From positions 1 to 64,000 of the forward strand of contig CAVTHS010000009.1 in the NCBI GenBank assembly GCA_963734535.1: DNA of 64,000 nucleotides. The letters are read 5' to 3'. The DNA comes from an uncultured Chloroflexia bacterium. GTDB lineage: Bacteria; Chloroflexota; Limnocylindria; Limnocylindrales; CSP1-4. Below, piece by piece: positions 47,279 through 57,844 of this stretch (the first letter of the stretch is position 1; every line of letters starts with the position of its first letter). Position numbers and translations under genes: made by a program. Under the pieces are notes generated by a model that was not told where the DNA came from, made no database searches, and worked only from the letters and a program-made list of their open reading frames with translations.

Positions 47279-48445
47279 TCAGGTCTGGTGCGCTCCCGGA
47301 CCGCGCCCGTGGCGGGCCATGATCTCGATCACCCGCTCGCCATCGAGGCCGTGGGCCGTGATCCCATCCGCGCCGGTCATGCTGCCGGCGGTCAGGAGGG
47401 CATTCACGATGGCCTCTTCGGTTGCCTCGACGGCCGCCTGGAAGAGCGGCGTCATCCGGGTGTCCTCGACCATCCGCACGTCGATCACGCGGCGCGCGGC
47501 GGGCTCCGGCGAGGCCTCGGGGAGCCCGCGGTTGCCGGTGGCAAAGGCGATGAAGATGTCGCCCGAGCCGGTTGATCCGATGCCGCCCATTCGCGCGATC
47601 CCCAGCCCCGCCCGCTGCGCCAGCCGCCGGCACTGGTGGGGGAGGAGCGGGGCGTCGGTGGCCAGGATCACGATGATCGAGCCGGCCCCCGAGGCCGCGG
47701 CCCCGCCCGTTCCGGCCGCACGGGCAAGGGCCATGGCCGCGTCCCAAGGGCTCGGCACGTCGGATGTCGGGATCGCCTCGCCGACCGGCACCCCGTCGAT
47801 CCGCAGGAGCTCGCGGCTGCCGTAGTTGGCCTGGACCAGCGACCCGACGGTCCAGCCGCCGTCCGGCTCCGCGACGACCCGCGACGCGGTCCCGATCCCG
47901 CCTTTGAACTCGTGGCAGATCATGCCGGTCCCGCCGCCGACCGCGCCTTCGACGACGGGCCCGGAGGTCGCCCCACCGAGCGCCGAATCCAGGTGCTCCG
48001 GGCGGACGTGGAAGCCGTTCATGTCGTTGAGGACGCCGTCGAACGTCTCGCCGACGACGGGGAGCGACCAGAACTCGGCGCCGGGCGGGTGCTGGCGGAT
48101 CGCGTGGGCGATGAGCGCATCGCGGACGACGCCCACCGAGTGCGTGTTCGTGATCGCGATCGGGCTGGTGAGGAAGCCGGACTCGCGGACCCACTCGAGA
48201 CCCGTCAGCTCGCCATTCCCGTTGAGCCGGTGGCAGCCCGCGAAGACGGGCTCCACGAACGGGTCTCCATCGTGCGGGACGACCACGGTGACGCCCGTGC
48301 GGACCGGGCCCCGGCCGACGACGCGCGGCCCGCTCCCCTCGATGAGCGTGGTGTGGCCCACGCGCACCCCGGCGATGTCCGTGATCGCGTTGTGCGGGCC
48401 GGGCCCGAGCCGCCCGAGGACGATTCCGTGATCGCGTGCGCGCAC
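47279..48445 (-). CDS. P1/S58 (DmpA-like) aminopeptidase
   Basis: NAITDIAGVRVGH, NGNGELTG, EGAVGGGTGM, KGGIGTASR, GSII cleavage site, SGD. Confidence 0.93.
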   Translation of the reverse strand: MRARDHGIVLGRLGPGPHNAITDIAGVRVGHTTLIEGSGPRVVGRGPVRTGVTVVVPHDGDPFVEPVFAGCHRLNGNGELTGLEWVRESGFLTSPIAITNTHSVGVVRDALIAHAIRQHPPGAEFWSLPVVGETFDGVLNDMNGFHVRPEHLDSALGGATSGPVVEGAVGGGTGMICHEFKGGIGTASRVVAEPDGGWTVGSLVQANYGSRELLRIDGVPVGEAIPTSDVPSPWDAAMALARAAGTGGAAASGAGSIIVILATDAPLLPHQCRRLAQRAGLGIARMGGIGSTGSGDIFIAFATGNRGLPEASPEPAARRVIDVRMVEDTRMTPLFQAAVEATEEAIVNALLTAGSMTGADGITAHGLDGERVIEIMARHGRGPGAHQT

Positions 48446-48460
48446 TTGCCGACTCCCCCG

Positions 48461-48886
48461 CTACGTTCCCGCGACGAACCGCTCGAGCGAGCGACGATTG
48501 GACTCCGAGAGCGTGTCGGACCGCGACTTCAGCTCCAGCCTGGGGGCTGGCAGGCGACCGGCGAGGTGCCCGCGCATCTGCGCGAACATGCTACCGGTCG
48601 CGAGCTTGTAGGTCGTGAACAGCCCCACCTGGGGAACCGTGGTCGACGGGATCTCGCGGGCGAAGTCGATCCACGGCTGGTCGGGGTGCTGGCGCACGAT
48701 CATCAGGCCGCTCGTCCAGCACCCGAGGAACAGGAAGTCGACATCGCGCAGGGCCTGGACGTCGCAGTCGCCGACGGAGACGACGCGGGGCTCGATGTCG
48801 CGGCTGGCGAGGAACCGGCCGATCTCCTCGGCGAGCCGCCGCGTCGTGCCCGTCCGGCTGCGGTAGACGATGACCGCTCGCTTCAT
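48461..48886 (-). CDS. Flavodoxin family protein
   Basis: IVYRSRTGTTRRLAE, FLGCWT. Confidence 0.85.
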   Translation of the reverse strand: MKRAVIVYRSRTGTTRRLAEEIGRFLASRDIEPRVVSVGDCDVQALRDVDFLFLGCWTSGLMIVRQHPDQPWIDFAREIPSTTVPQVGLFTTYKLATGSMFAQMRGHLAGRLPAPRLELKSRSDTLSESNRRSLERFVAGT

Positions 48887-48893
48887 GCTGCGA

Positions 48894-49367
48894 TCACCTC
48901 GGGTAGCTGCCGGTGACCTTCTTCACGAACCCGTGGATGCCATGGAAGAACGGCGTTCCCGGCAGGAACATGTAGGGACAATGGCCCGGCACGACGTCGA
49001 TGCCGTGGGCGTCGCAGTACGCGACCGCGGCCGCGCTGACGGCGCCGGGCCCGCCGCCGGCACCCTTGTGCATCCAGACATGCGTGACGCCGGCTTCGGA
49101 GCAGTCGTGGACGACCTGCTCCGTGGCCTGGGGCGGCGTCATGATCACGACGCCCTCGACGGGCGGCTGGATGTCCTGGACGCGGGCGTAGCAGCGCTGG
49201 CCGTCGATCTCCGTGGCGTTCGGGTTCACCGGGACGGCCTCGTAGCGTCGCTGGCGAAGCTCCTGCCAGATCGTGTTCGAGAAATGCTTCGGATCGCGTG
49301 AGACGCCGACGACGGCGAGGCGCTTCAGGGCCCAGAAATCGTCGATCTGCCGCCTGGTCGTGACCAT
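48894..49367 (-). CDS. CoA-binding protein (YccU-like)
   Basis: AVVGVSRDP, PVNP, VWMH, GHCPYMF. Confidence 0.88.
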   Translation of the reverse strand: MVTTRRQIDDFWALKRLAVVGVSRDPKHFSNTIWQELRQRRYEAVPVNPNATEIDGQRCYARVQDIQPPVEGVVIMTPPQATEQVVHDCSEAGVTHVWMHKGAGGGPGAVSAAAVAYCDAHGIDVVPGHCPYMFLPGTPFFHGIHGFVKKVTGSYPR

Positions 49368-49508
49368 GGTCGCCTCCACTCCTCGGACGGACTTTCCCGC
49401 TCGGGCATGGTCCGGCGTCGGGTTCGAACGGCGCCAGTGCTGAACGGCCCGCAGCCGATGGACCGGCGCAATGTCGATAATCCCCACGTGTCCACGCGAA
49501 AGGACGGG

Positions 49509-51064
49509 TTGACCCGAACGGTCGCCGCCCGCCTCCCACGGCTCGTCCTCGAGCGCCTCCCCGTCCTCGACGGTGTCGCGCCCACCGACGCCGCCGAGGG
49601 GTTTCGCGACCTGCCGGGCCTTGGTCTCCTCGAGAGCGCGCGCTCCGGGCGGGCGGGACGCTGGTCGATCCTCGTGACCGACCCGCTCGAGATGCTGGTG
49701 GGTGCCTCGCTCGGGTCGGACCCGTTCGCCGACGCCCGCCGGGCGCTCGGGCGCCTTGACGACACCGGGCTTCCCGTCGGGGCCGCCCCGTTCGCAGGCG
49801 GCCTCGTGGGACACCTTGCCTACGACCTTGGACGGCGCTTCGAGGCGATCCCGAGCCTGGCGCGCGACGACCAGGCCATGCCGGATCTCCAGCTCGGGCT
49901 GTATTCGTGGGCGCTCGCCTGGGACCAGCGCGACGGGCGTGCCTGGGTCGCCGGACGTGCCGTCGACGTCGACGCGGCCGCGCTGGCGCGGACGATCGCG
50001 GACGTCCGGGAACGGGCCGCGGCGATCGCGCGAACGCTCATGGCGGCCGGCGGGCCCGCGGGGCGGGAGGCCGGGGTCGTGCCTCCTTCACCCCTCGCGT
50101 TCGTGTCGGGGACCGACCGGACGGCCTGGGACCGCGGCGTGGAAGCCGTTCGCGGCGAGATCGCGGCGGGCGAGCTCTACCAGGCGAACCTCGCGCGCCG
50201 CCTGGTCGCCCCGTTCGACGGCGACCCGTGGGCGATCTACCGACGCCTGCGAGCCGGCGAGCCGGCGACCTTCGCCGCGTACCTCGACCTCGGTCGCGGC
50301 CCGGAGAGACCCCGCACGGCTGCGGGCACCGGTTGGGGGCGCCCGCACGGGGCCGACACGGTCCCGGTTGCGGTACCGGGCGCCCCGATGTCACCCGTGG
50401 TCGCGAGGGGACGCGCGGACGCCGGGCGATCGTCTCGGCATCGCCGGAGCCGTTCGTCTCGTTGGACGGCGCGGGTTCCGTGCGCGCCGACCCCATCAAG
50501 GGCACGCGGCCGAGGGGCCTGACCCGGTCGGAGGATCGAGCGCTCGCCGCCGAGCTCCTGGCGAGCGCCAAGGACCGGGCGGAGAACACGATGATCGTCG
50601 ACGTCCTGCGCAACGACCTCGGCCGGGTCTGCCTGCCCGGGAGCGTCCGCGCCCCGCGGCTCTGGCGCCTGGAGCGAACCTCGAGCGTGCAGCATCTCGT
50701 CTCGACGATCGCCGGCCGGCTGGCATCGGACCGCGACGCATTCGACCTCCTGGCCGCCACGTTCCCGGGCGGCTCGATCACCGGGGCTCCGAAGATCCGC
50801 GCAATGGAGCTGATCGAGGCGCTCGAGCCGGTTCGGCGCGGTCCATACTGCGGCGCCGCCCTGTGGGTCGATGCCGCGGGCGCGATGGGATCGTCGATCC
50901 TGATCCGCACGTTCGTGGCCGACGGGCTGCGCCTGACCTTCCACGTCGGCGGCGGGATCACGTGGCGCAGCGACGCCGCGGCCGAATGGGAGGAGACCCG
51001 GACGAAGGCGCGCGGCCCGCTCCGCGCGATCGGCGGGCGGTTGGTGGGAGAGGAGCAGCCGTGA
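49509..51064 (+). CDS. pabB: Aminodeoxychorismate synthase component I (PabB/TrpE family); frameshift near 50400-50430
   Basis: LLESA, GELYQANL, then SASPE, PIKGTRPR, KDRAEN.MIVD.LRNDLGR, FPGGSITGAPK. Confidence 0.85.
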
Positions 51065-51969
51065 ACGAGAGCCATGAGCCGGCGGGCGCCGGACCGGTCG
51101 CCTGGGTCAACGGCCGCCTGCAGCCGGCCGACGCGCCGGCCATTCCCGTCGGGGACCGTGCGTTCCAGCTTGGCGACGGCGTCTTCGAGACGCTGCGCGT
51201 TCGTCGCGGCGTGCCGATCGAGCTGGACGGCCACCTTCGACGCCTGCACGCGGGGCTCGCGGCGCTGGAGATCCGGCTCTCCTGGTCCGATGCGGACGTG
51301 GCCGCCGCGATCGCGGCGACGGTCGCCGTCAACGCGCCTGCCGACGCCGCGGTCCGGATCACCGTCTCGCGCGGCGCGCCCGCGTCACGTGGGCTCCTGC
51401 CGGCCGGCTGGCGCGACGTCCATGCCACGCTGGTCGTGCAGGCCTGGCCGAACCCGGGCGTCCCGGCAGCGCTCCTCGAGCGCGGCGTCCGGGCGATCGT
51501 GTCGACCGCCCGACGCGACCCGGCGAGCCCTCTCGCCGGCGTGAAGACGGTCTCGCGCGCCGACCACGTGTGGACGAAGCTCGAGGCGGACCGCGCCGGT
51601 GTCGACGAAGCGATCTCGCTCACCCTCGACGGGCACGTCGCCGAGGCGACCACGTCGAGCCTCGCCCTGGTCATCGGGGACGCGCTCCGGACGCCGCCCC
51701 TCGCGACCGGTGTGCTCGCCGGCACGACGCGCGACTGGCTGCTGGGCGTGGACGGCGCCGCGGGCGTTGGGCTTGCCGCGGGCGAGGCCGCGTTCGGTCT
51801 CGAGGAGCTTCTCGGCGCCGACGAGGCGATCCTGTGCTCGTCGGTGGCGGGCATCCTGCCGCTGGTAGAGGTCGACGGGCGGCCGATCGGGGACGGCCGC
51901 CCCGGAGCGTGGGCGCGCCGGCTGCGGGACGCGCGCGAGGGCTGGATCGTGGCCCGGTCCGGCGGGTGA
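51061..51969 (+). CDS. pabC: Class IV aminotransferase / aminodeoxychorismate lyase
   Basis: DRAFQLGDGVFETLR, HLRRL, VK, GVLAGTTR; GTGA overlap with pabB. Confidence 0.8.
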   Translation: MNESHEPAGAGPVAWVNGRLQPADAPAIPVGDRAFQLGDGVFETLRVRRGVPIELDGHLRRLHAGLAALEIRLSWSDADVAAAIAATVAVNAPADAAVRITVSRGAPASRGLLPAGWRDVHATLVVQAWPNPGVPAALLERGVRAIVSTARRDPASPLAGVKTVSRADHVWTKLEADRAGVDEAISLTLDGHVAEATTSSLALVIGDALRTPPLATGVLAGTTRDWLLGVDGAAGVGLAAGEAAFGLEELLGADEAILCSSVAGILPLVEVDGRPIGDGRPGAWARRLRDAREGWIVARSGG

Positions 51970-52078
51970 CACGGATGCCACCGATGTGGGCGGCTCCGCG
52001 ACCGAAGCCCGAGCCTGCGGCCGGGTGGCCGGGGCCCGAGCCGGCGGCCCGGCGGGGCTCGCGTCATACACTCCGCGC

Positions 52079-52687
52079 ATGACCCGCGACGAGCTGATCG
52101 ATCGCACGAGGGAGCTGATCGCCGAGGGCGAGGGGCTCGACGCCGCGCCGACCCTGCTGGCGCTGCGGGACTGGCTGCAACGCTCCGACGAGCTGCTCCA
52201 GGCGGCGTGGGGGAGCATGGATCGCTACCACCTGGCGTGGTTGATGGTCGGCAAGCCGAAGGGAATCGTGCGCGGCCGGCCGCTCACCCCGGACGAGGAG
52301 ACGGCCGAGGTTCGCGACGTGGCCGGACAGAAGACGAGCGCACTCCGGATGAGCCTCGATGCCGTGGAGCGGCTGGGGATGCCCTTCAAGGGCGAGACGG
52401 GCGGGATCGGGAACGGGATCGGCCGCGCGTCCGACGAGCTGCGCGTCGATTCGGGCTCGCCCGAGGGAGCCCGCGACCCGATCGGCGCCGGCGATGCCGA
52501 GGGAGCCGGCGAGGCTCGCCCTGTCGGTGACGGCGGCGATGGCGCAGGCGCCCGGCGCGGCCGATTCGGGCTCCCCTCCGAGGCCGACGACCTGGCCGAG
52601 CGCGTCCGGCTTGCTCGCGAGCAGGCTTCGCTCCACGCCGATCACGACGCTCCGCGCGCACCGCGACCGCCGCGGATGCAGCGCTGA
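52079..52687 (+). CDS. Hypothetical protein
   Basis: MTRDELIDRTREL...WGSMDRYHLAWLMVG; low-complexity tail. Confidence 0.65.
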   Translation: MTRDELIDRTRELIAEGEGLDAAPTLLALRDWLQRSDELLQAAWGSMDRYHLAWLMVGKPKGIVRGRPLTPDEETAEVRDVAGQKTSALRMSLDAVERLGMPFKGETGGIGNGIGRASDELRVDSGSPEGARDPIGAGDAEGAGEARPVGDGGDGAGARRGRFGLPSEADDLAERVRLAREQASLHADHDAPRAPRPPRMQR

Positions 52688-52722
52688 ACGGTCCGCCGAG
52701 CATTGATCACCGGCGGCGCGCG

Positions 52723-53976
52723 ATGATCGCACCCGATCCGATCGCCCGCGACTACCTGCTGCTCGCCCTCCGGCTCGACCGCCTGGTCCCCGGCCTCGTG
52801 GACGGCTACTTCGGCCCAGCCGCGCTCCGAGCGGAGGTGGACGCCGAGGGCCCGCGCCCACCGTCGCGCCTGCGAGCGGACGCCGCGGAGCTCCGCGCCC
52901 GGGTCGAGGAGGGGGTCGTCGAGCCGGACCGCCGTCGCTGGCTCACCGCCCAGCTGGTGGCACTGGAGACGCAGACGCGCGCCCTCGAGGGGGACGGCGT
53001 GCCGTACCTCGAGCACGTGAGCGCGTGCTTCGACCTCACCCCCGAGCGGATCGACGAGGCGGTCTTCGCGGCCGCCGCAGCGGACCTCGCGCGCCTGCTC
53101 CCCGGCGCGGGAACGCTCGCCGAGCGGACGGCCGCCTGGGACGCCCGCTTCACGATCCCGCCGGATCGGCTGCGAGCCGTGATCGACGCGCTGCTGCCGG
53201 GCTTCCGGGAGCGCGCTCGCACGCTGTTCGGCCTGCCGGTCGGCGAGAATCTGACAGTCTCGCTGGTCCGCGACCAGCCATGGTCGGGCTACAACTGGTA
53301 CGACGGGGCGCTGCGCAGCCGGGTCGAGATCAACACCGACCTGCCGACCCGTGCCGCCGACCTGTTGAGCGTCCTCCCCCACGAGACGTACCCGGGCCAC
53401 CACCTGGAGCACGCCTGGCACGAGGCGCACCTCGTCGCGACGGCCGGCCGCCTGGAGGCGTCGGTCCTCTGCATCAACGCGCCGGAATGCCTCATGTCCG
53501 AAGGGCTCGCCGACCTGGGTCGGCGGTTCGCCGTGCCGGCGGCCGACGAGGCGGACCTGCTGGTCGAGGTCTACCGGCTCGCCGGCCTGGAGGTGGCCCG
53601 AGACCCCGCCGCCGCCCGCGGAGCCGCCGCGTCCCAGGTCGCGATCACCCGCGCGACGGCCGCCCTCGGCGGCGTTCGCGGGAACGCTGCGCTCCTCCGG
53701 CACGCCGACGGGGCGAGCCGCGAGGAAGTCCTTGCCTACCTGGAGCGATACCTGCTGACCACCCCCGACCGGGCGGCCAAGCGTCTCGAGTTCATCGAGC
53801 ACCCGCTCTGGCGCACGTACGTCTTCGTCTACTTCGAGGGCGAGCGACTCCTGTCCCGCTGGCTCGAGCGGGTTCCGCCGGCCGACCAGGCGGGACGCTT
53901 CAGGCGCCTCCTGACGGAGCAGCTGACGCCGGGTGCGATCCTCGCCGAGATCGCGGAGTCGACGGCTACGGGCTGA
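52723..53976 (+). CDS. DUF885-like putative metallopeptidase
   Basis: HETYPGHHLEH, SEGLA, Y...Y..G motifs. Confidence 0.75.
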   Translation: MIAPDPIARDYLLLALRLDRLVPGLVDGYFGPAALRAEVDAEGPRPPSRLRADAAELRARVEEGVVEPDRRRWLTAQLVALETQTRALEGDGVPYLEHVSACFDLTPERIDEAVFAAAAADLARLLPGAGTLAERTAAWDARFTIPPDRLRAVIDALLPGFRERARTLFGLPVGENLTVSLVRDQPWSGYNWYDGALRSRVEINTDLPTRAADLLSVLPHETYPGHHLEHAWHEAHLVATAGRLEASVLCINAPECLMSEGLADLGRRFAVPAADEADLLVEVYRLAGLEVARDPAAARGAAASQVAITRATAALGGVRGNAALLRHADGASREEVLAYLERYLLTTPDRAAKRLEFIEHPLWRTYVFVYFEGERLLSRWLERVPPADQAGRFRRLLTEQLTPGAILAEIAESTATG

Positions 53977-54523
53977 TCTGCCGCTCGAGCAGCACGCGGT
54001 CCTCTCCCGGGCCGTCCCAGCTCTCGAATGCCGGCACGCCGTAGAGCTTCCGGCTGCCGGGCCCGGCATCGGGCGTGAACCCGACGGCACCGAAGAACGC
54101 GAGCGCCCGCCGGTCATCGGGTCGGCACGCGGCGGTCACGCGCGTGGCACCGGCCTGCGCCCGCTCGAGGGCGAAGCGCTCGACCAGCGCCCGCCCGATC
54201 CCGCGGCGCCGGAACTCCGGGTCGACGGCGATCCGCTGGATCACGGCCTCCCCCGGGTGATCGGGGGAGGTGAACCCCAGGAGGACGCCCAGCGGACGCC
54301 CTTCCGGCGCGGCCTCGGCGAGCCACGAGGTGCCCGCGACGTGGCGCGTCCAGGCGCGACCGGGGCCGGCGGCCCCGGCATCCTCGACCCAGTCGCCGAG
54401 ACGACCCTGGAGCGCGGCAAGGTCGTCCTCGCTCGGATGGCGCAGCGCGTAGGCGGGTGCCGGCCGTCGCTCGGGGGGCTGGTCCGGCGGGAACCAGTGG
54501 TCGAAGGTCGGGAAGCCGGGCAT
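53966..54523 (-). CDS. GNAT acetyltransferase
   Basis: VDPEFRRRGIGRAL acetyl-CoA motif. Confidence 0.88.
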   Translation of the reverse strand: MPGFPTFDHWFPPDQPPERRPAPAYALRHPSEDDLAALQGRLGDWVEDAGAAGPGRAWTRHVAGTSWLAEAAPEGRPLGVLLGFTSPDHPGEAVIQRIAVDPEFRRRGIGRALVERFALERAQAGATRVTAACRPDDRRALAFFGAVGFTPDAGPGSRKLYGVPAFESWDGPGEDRVLLERQISP

Positions 54524-54541
54524 GGGGCGACGCCTCCTTGG

Positions 54542-55009
54542 CTAACGGGTCCCGGCGAACGCGCCGGCGGCCGCAACCGCGACCTGCAGCGGGACCAGCA
54601 GCCCGTAGACCTGGTCCAGGTAGTCGAGCGGGCCCAGGTACGCGCCCGAGAGGCCCCAGTTGACGGCGAGCGCGGCCGCGACAGCCACCACCGCGAGGCC
54701 GATCCCGAGACCGCGCCGCGCGCCGGTTCGCACCCGCGAGCCGGCCCCGTACCGGACGCCGGCGCCGACCACGAACCCGAGCGTGGCGGCAACCACGAGC
54801 AGCCCGCCCGTCGCGAGGAAGAGGACCGCGATCGCCACGTGGACGGCGGCCCCGAACGCTGCCGCGAGGAGGCCCAGCAGGATGGCGGTTCCGGGGCCGC
54901 CCGATGTCCGGCCACGGGCCAGCACCGACGGGCCCGCCGCATACCGGTCGGACGGGGCATGCGCAAGCAGCCGCCGCGGCCGTACGTCTCCGGGTTCTCG
55001 ATCTGGCAC
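54542..55009 (-). CDS. Hypothetical membrane protein
   Basis: About four TM segments. Confidence 0.6.
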   Translation of the reverse strand: MPDREPGDVRPRRLLAHAPSDRYAAGPSVLARGRTSGGPGTAILLGLLAAAFGAAVHVAIAVLFLATGGLLVVAATLGFVVGAGVRYGAGSRVRTGARRGLGIGLAVVAVAAALAVNWGLSGAYLGPLDYLDQVYGLLVPLQVAVAAAGAFAGTR

Positions 55010-55056
55010 GGGTCGATGGTACCCGCCGCGACGAGCCCCGCTGGTAGACTTCGGCC

Positions 55057-55539
55057 GTGAGCCACCCGGCCCTGGGCCTGCCGACCACGGACATGACCGC
55101 GGGCTTTCCCGCGGGCGCGGACCGCATCCGCGCGTCGCGGGTTCGGCTGGCGGCGCGTGCGCTGGAGGCGGCGGTCGAGGGCGATCCCACGCTTCGCGAT
55201 CGCCACGGCGACACCGGGCTCCGCCACCTGCTCCGGGACACGGATGGCTATCTCGAGCGCGTGGCCCGCGCGGTCGCGTCCGGCAGCCCCGCCCAGGTCC
55301 GCGAGTGGGCCGAGTGGGTGGCCCCGGTCTTCCGCCGCCGCCGCGTGCCGATGGACGACCTGATCGCGCTCTCCGAAGGCGTGCGGGTCGCCGTTGCCGC
55401 CGTCCTCTCGAACGAGGAGCGCGCCGTCGCAGACGCGGCCCTCGACGAGGGGATCGCAACCTTCCACTGGCATCGCGGCCTCGCGGGCGATGCGAGGAAG
55501 CGCAATCGCTACCTGTTCGCCCTCTACAAGGGCGGCTGA
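55057..55539 (+). CDS. Globin/phycobiliprotein-like helical protein
   Basis: LLRDTDGYLERVARAVASGSP...W...F...RVP resembles phycobiliprotein helices E-G (CLRDxxYYLR..YA..AG...LGVP). Confidence 0.6.
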   Translation: MSHPALGLPTTDMTAGFPAGADRIRASRVRLAARALEAAVEGDPTLRDRHGDTGLRHLLRDTDGYLERVARAVASGSPAQVREWAEWVAPVFRRRRVPMDDLIALSEGVRVAVAAVLSNEERAVADAALDEGIATFHWHRGLAGDARKRNRYLFALYKGG

Positions 55540-55542
55540 GAC

Positions 55543-55881
55543 GTGACGATCAAGTGGGTGCAGGTCGATCCGCTGGTCATGAACGGCGAGCCGTTCTGCT
55601 ACGGGAGCCGCCTCACGGTCAGCCAGCTGCTGGAGATGCGGCGCAGCGGTTACGGCCTCACCCGCATCCTGACCGACCATCCCGAGCTGCGATGGCTGGG
55701 CATCGCATTCGCGTTCTGCTACGCGGCCGACCACCCCCAGCGCTACGCGGAGTTCCTGGCAGCCGACGGATCGCTGGTCGGGCCCGGGTTCACCGAGGCG
55801 GAGGCGACCGGCCTTCCGGACGAGCTGCGCCGTCCGGGCGTGGTCCTCGATGTCGGAGCGACGGCGACCAGGCCCAGCTGA
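55543..55881 (+). CDS. DUF433 domain protein
   Basis: DPLVMNGEP...GSRLTV...ILTDHPEL. Confidence 0.8.
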   Translation: MTIKWVQVDPLVMNGEPFCYGSRLTVSQLLEMRRSGYGLTRILTDHPELRWLGIAFAFCYAADHPQRYAEFLAADGSLVGPGFTEAEATGLPDELRRPGVVLDVGATATRPS

Positions 55882-56006
55882 TCAGCGGAAGCAGGACCCA
55901 GGTGATCGTCCTCGGGTAATTCCGACCTGCGGGCTCGTCTTTCCGGGCAACGGTGCTACGCTTCCCCGCAGCCGTCGCGATCCCGCGGCACCACTGAGAG
56001 CCACCC

Positions 56007-56351
56007 ATGACCGATCAGCCCACCCTCGCCGAAGCAACCGTCCAGCCTGTCGTCGCGCCCGCGTTCGACGCCGAGCGCCGCGCCAAGGAGCTCGCGATCC
56101 TCGACGCGCTCCGCGAGGTCGTCGACCCGGAGATCGGGATGAACGTCGTGGAGCTGGCCCTGATCAAGCAGGTGATCATCGGCGAGGCGGAGTCGGAGGT
56201 GAAGATGATCCTCACCACCCCGTTCTGCCCGTATGCGGGCTCGATGATCGCGCAGGTCAAGGAGCAGGCCGAGTCGGTCCTCGACCATCCCGTGAAGGTG
56301 ACATTGCTGGCAGAACGCTGGGACCCGCGCGACGCGGGCCTCATGTGGTGA
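56007..56351 (+). CDS. DUF59/SufT-like metal-sulfur cluster assembly factor
   Basis: ALREVVDPEIGMNVVELALI, LTTPFCP, WDP. Confidence 0.9.
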   Translation: MTDQPTLAEATVQPVVAPAFDAERRAKELAILDALREVVDPEIGMNVVELALIKQVIIGEAESEVKMILTTPFCPYAGSMIAQVKEQAESVLDHPVKVTLLAERWDPRDAGLMW

Positions 56352-56992
56352 GCCCGGAGCCCCCCGCCGCACCGCGGCCCTCCGCCGTCGCCACGAAGAA
56401 GGGCGACGACGGCACCACGAGCCTTCTCTTCGGGGGCGATCGCATCCCGAAGGACGACCTCCGAACCGAGGCCTACGGGACCCTCGATGAGACCGTCGCG
56501 GCGCTCGGGCTCGCCCGCGCCGAGCTTGACGTGAAGCGGCGCCTCGGTGCGCTCCCGCCGGCCCTTGCCGAGATCGAGCCGATCATCCTGCGGATCCAGC
56601 GCGAGCTGTTCGTGGCAGGCGCAGAGCTGGCTGCGAACCCCACCGCGTGGGATCGCCTCCAGGACGGGACGACACGTGTCTCCGCGGTCATGGTCGCCGG
56701 GATCGAGGCTGTGCTCGCGGACTACGAGGCCCGGATCGTGTTTCCAAAGGAGTTCGTCGTGGCCGGAGAGACGCGCACCAGCGCGGCGCTCGAGCTGGCC
56801 CGCACGATCCTCCGGCGAGCGGAGCGGCGCGCCGTGACGCTCGATCGCGCGGCGCTCGTTCCCGGCCCGCACCTGCTGGCGTACCTCAACCGGCTCGCCG
56901 ACCTCCTGTGGGTCCTCGCGCGCGCCGCGGAGCAGGCCGAGTCGCACACGGCAACGGCCGCCCGGGTCCGGGACCGCGGCCGCCGCCGCTGA
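56348..56992 (+). CDS. pduO: PduO-type cob(I)alamin adenosyltransferase
   Basis: TKKGDDGTT, AYGTLDE, RTILRRAER, YLNRLADLL. Confidence 0.92.
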   Translation: MSPEPPAAPRPSAVATKKGDDGTTSLLFGGDRIPKDDLRTEAYGTLDETVAALGLARAELDVKRRLGALPPALAEIEPIILRIQRELFVAGAELAANPTAWDRLQDGTTRVSAVMVAGIEAVLADYEARIVFPKEFVVAGETRTSAALELARTILRRAERRAVTLDRAALVPGPHLLAYLNRLADLLWVLARAAEQAESHTATAARVRDRGRRR

Positions 56993-57098
56993 CCCACATG
57001 GCTCGTCCGAACCGCGGCCCCGTGCACGCTTTCGGGGTTGCGCGAGAATAGATGGCGGAGCACGCGCTCCGTTCGCCACGAAGGAGATCCCGCTCACC

Positions 57099-57800
57099 AT
57101 GATGATCAACCCGTACGCCACGCCCGGTCGCCTGGGCATCCGCCCGGATGCGCGGCTGGCGCAGGCATTCCTGACCCAGGCGTTCTTCTGGATGTTCCTC
57201 GGCCTGCTGCTGACGACCGGCGTCGGCGCGGTCGTCGCGGGCCTGTCCGACACGCAGCTCACGGGGGTGGCCGGCCTGGCGATGCCGCTGATCATCGCCC
57301 AGCTGGTCATCGCCTTCACCCTGACGCTCGCCATCCGCCGGATCCCGGCCTCGGTCGGGCTGCTCCTCTTCTTCGCCTACGCTGCGCTCACGGGCGTGAC
57401 GCTCGGGTTCATCCTCCGCGTGTACGACCTCGGGAGCGTGGTGGCGGCCGGGAGCGCGGCCGCGGCCGTCTTCGGGGCCGCCGCGATCTACGGCGCGGTC
57501 ACGAAGCGTGACCTGTCGAACCTGGGCGCCTACCTGTTCATGGGCGTGATCGGGCTCGTGGTGGCGAGCCTGGTGAACATGTTCGTCGGCTGGAGCTGGC
57601 TCAGCTTCGGAATCTCGGCGGCAGGGGTCGTGATCTTCACGGTCCTCACCGCGTACGACGTGCAGCAGATCCAGAGCGGCGCGGTCGCGGCATGGGCCGG
57701 CGCGATGGAGAAGGGCGCCGTCATGGGCGCGTTCAAGCTCTACCTGGACTTCATCAACCTGTTCTTCATGCTGCTGCGGCTCTTCGGCGACCGTCGCTGA
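57099..57800 (+). CDS. Bax inhibitor-1/YccA family membrane protein
   Basis: Seven TMs, TKRDLS, AYDVQ, LYLDFINLF. Confidence 0.93.
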   Translation: MMINPYATPGRLGIRPDARLAQAFLTQAFFWMFLGLLLTTGVGAVVAGLSDTQLTGVAGLAMPLIIAQLVIAFTLTLAIRRIPASVGLLLFFAYAALTGVTLGFILRVYDLGSVVAAGSAAAAVFGAAAIYGAVTKRDLSNLGAYLFMGVIGLVVASLVNMFVGWSWLSFGISAAGVVIFTVLTAYDVQQIQSGAVAAWAGAMEKGAVMGAFKLYLDFINLFFMLLRLFGDRR

Positions 57801-57844
57801 TCGCCGCGCAGGTGCCAGGCCGGCGCCGCTGAGCCTGTCGTCGG

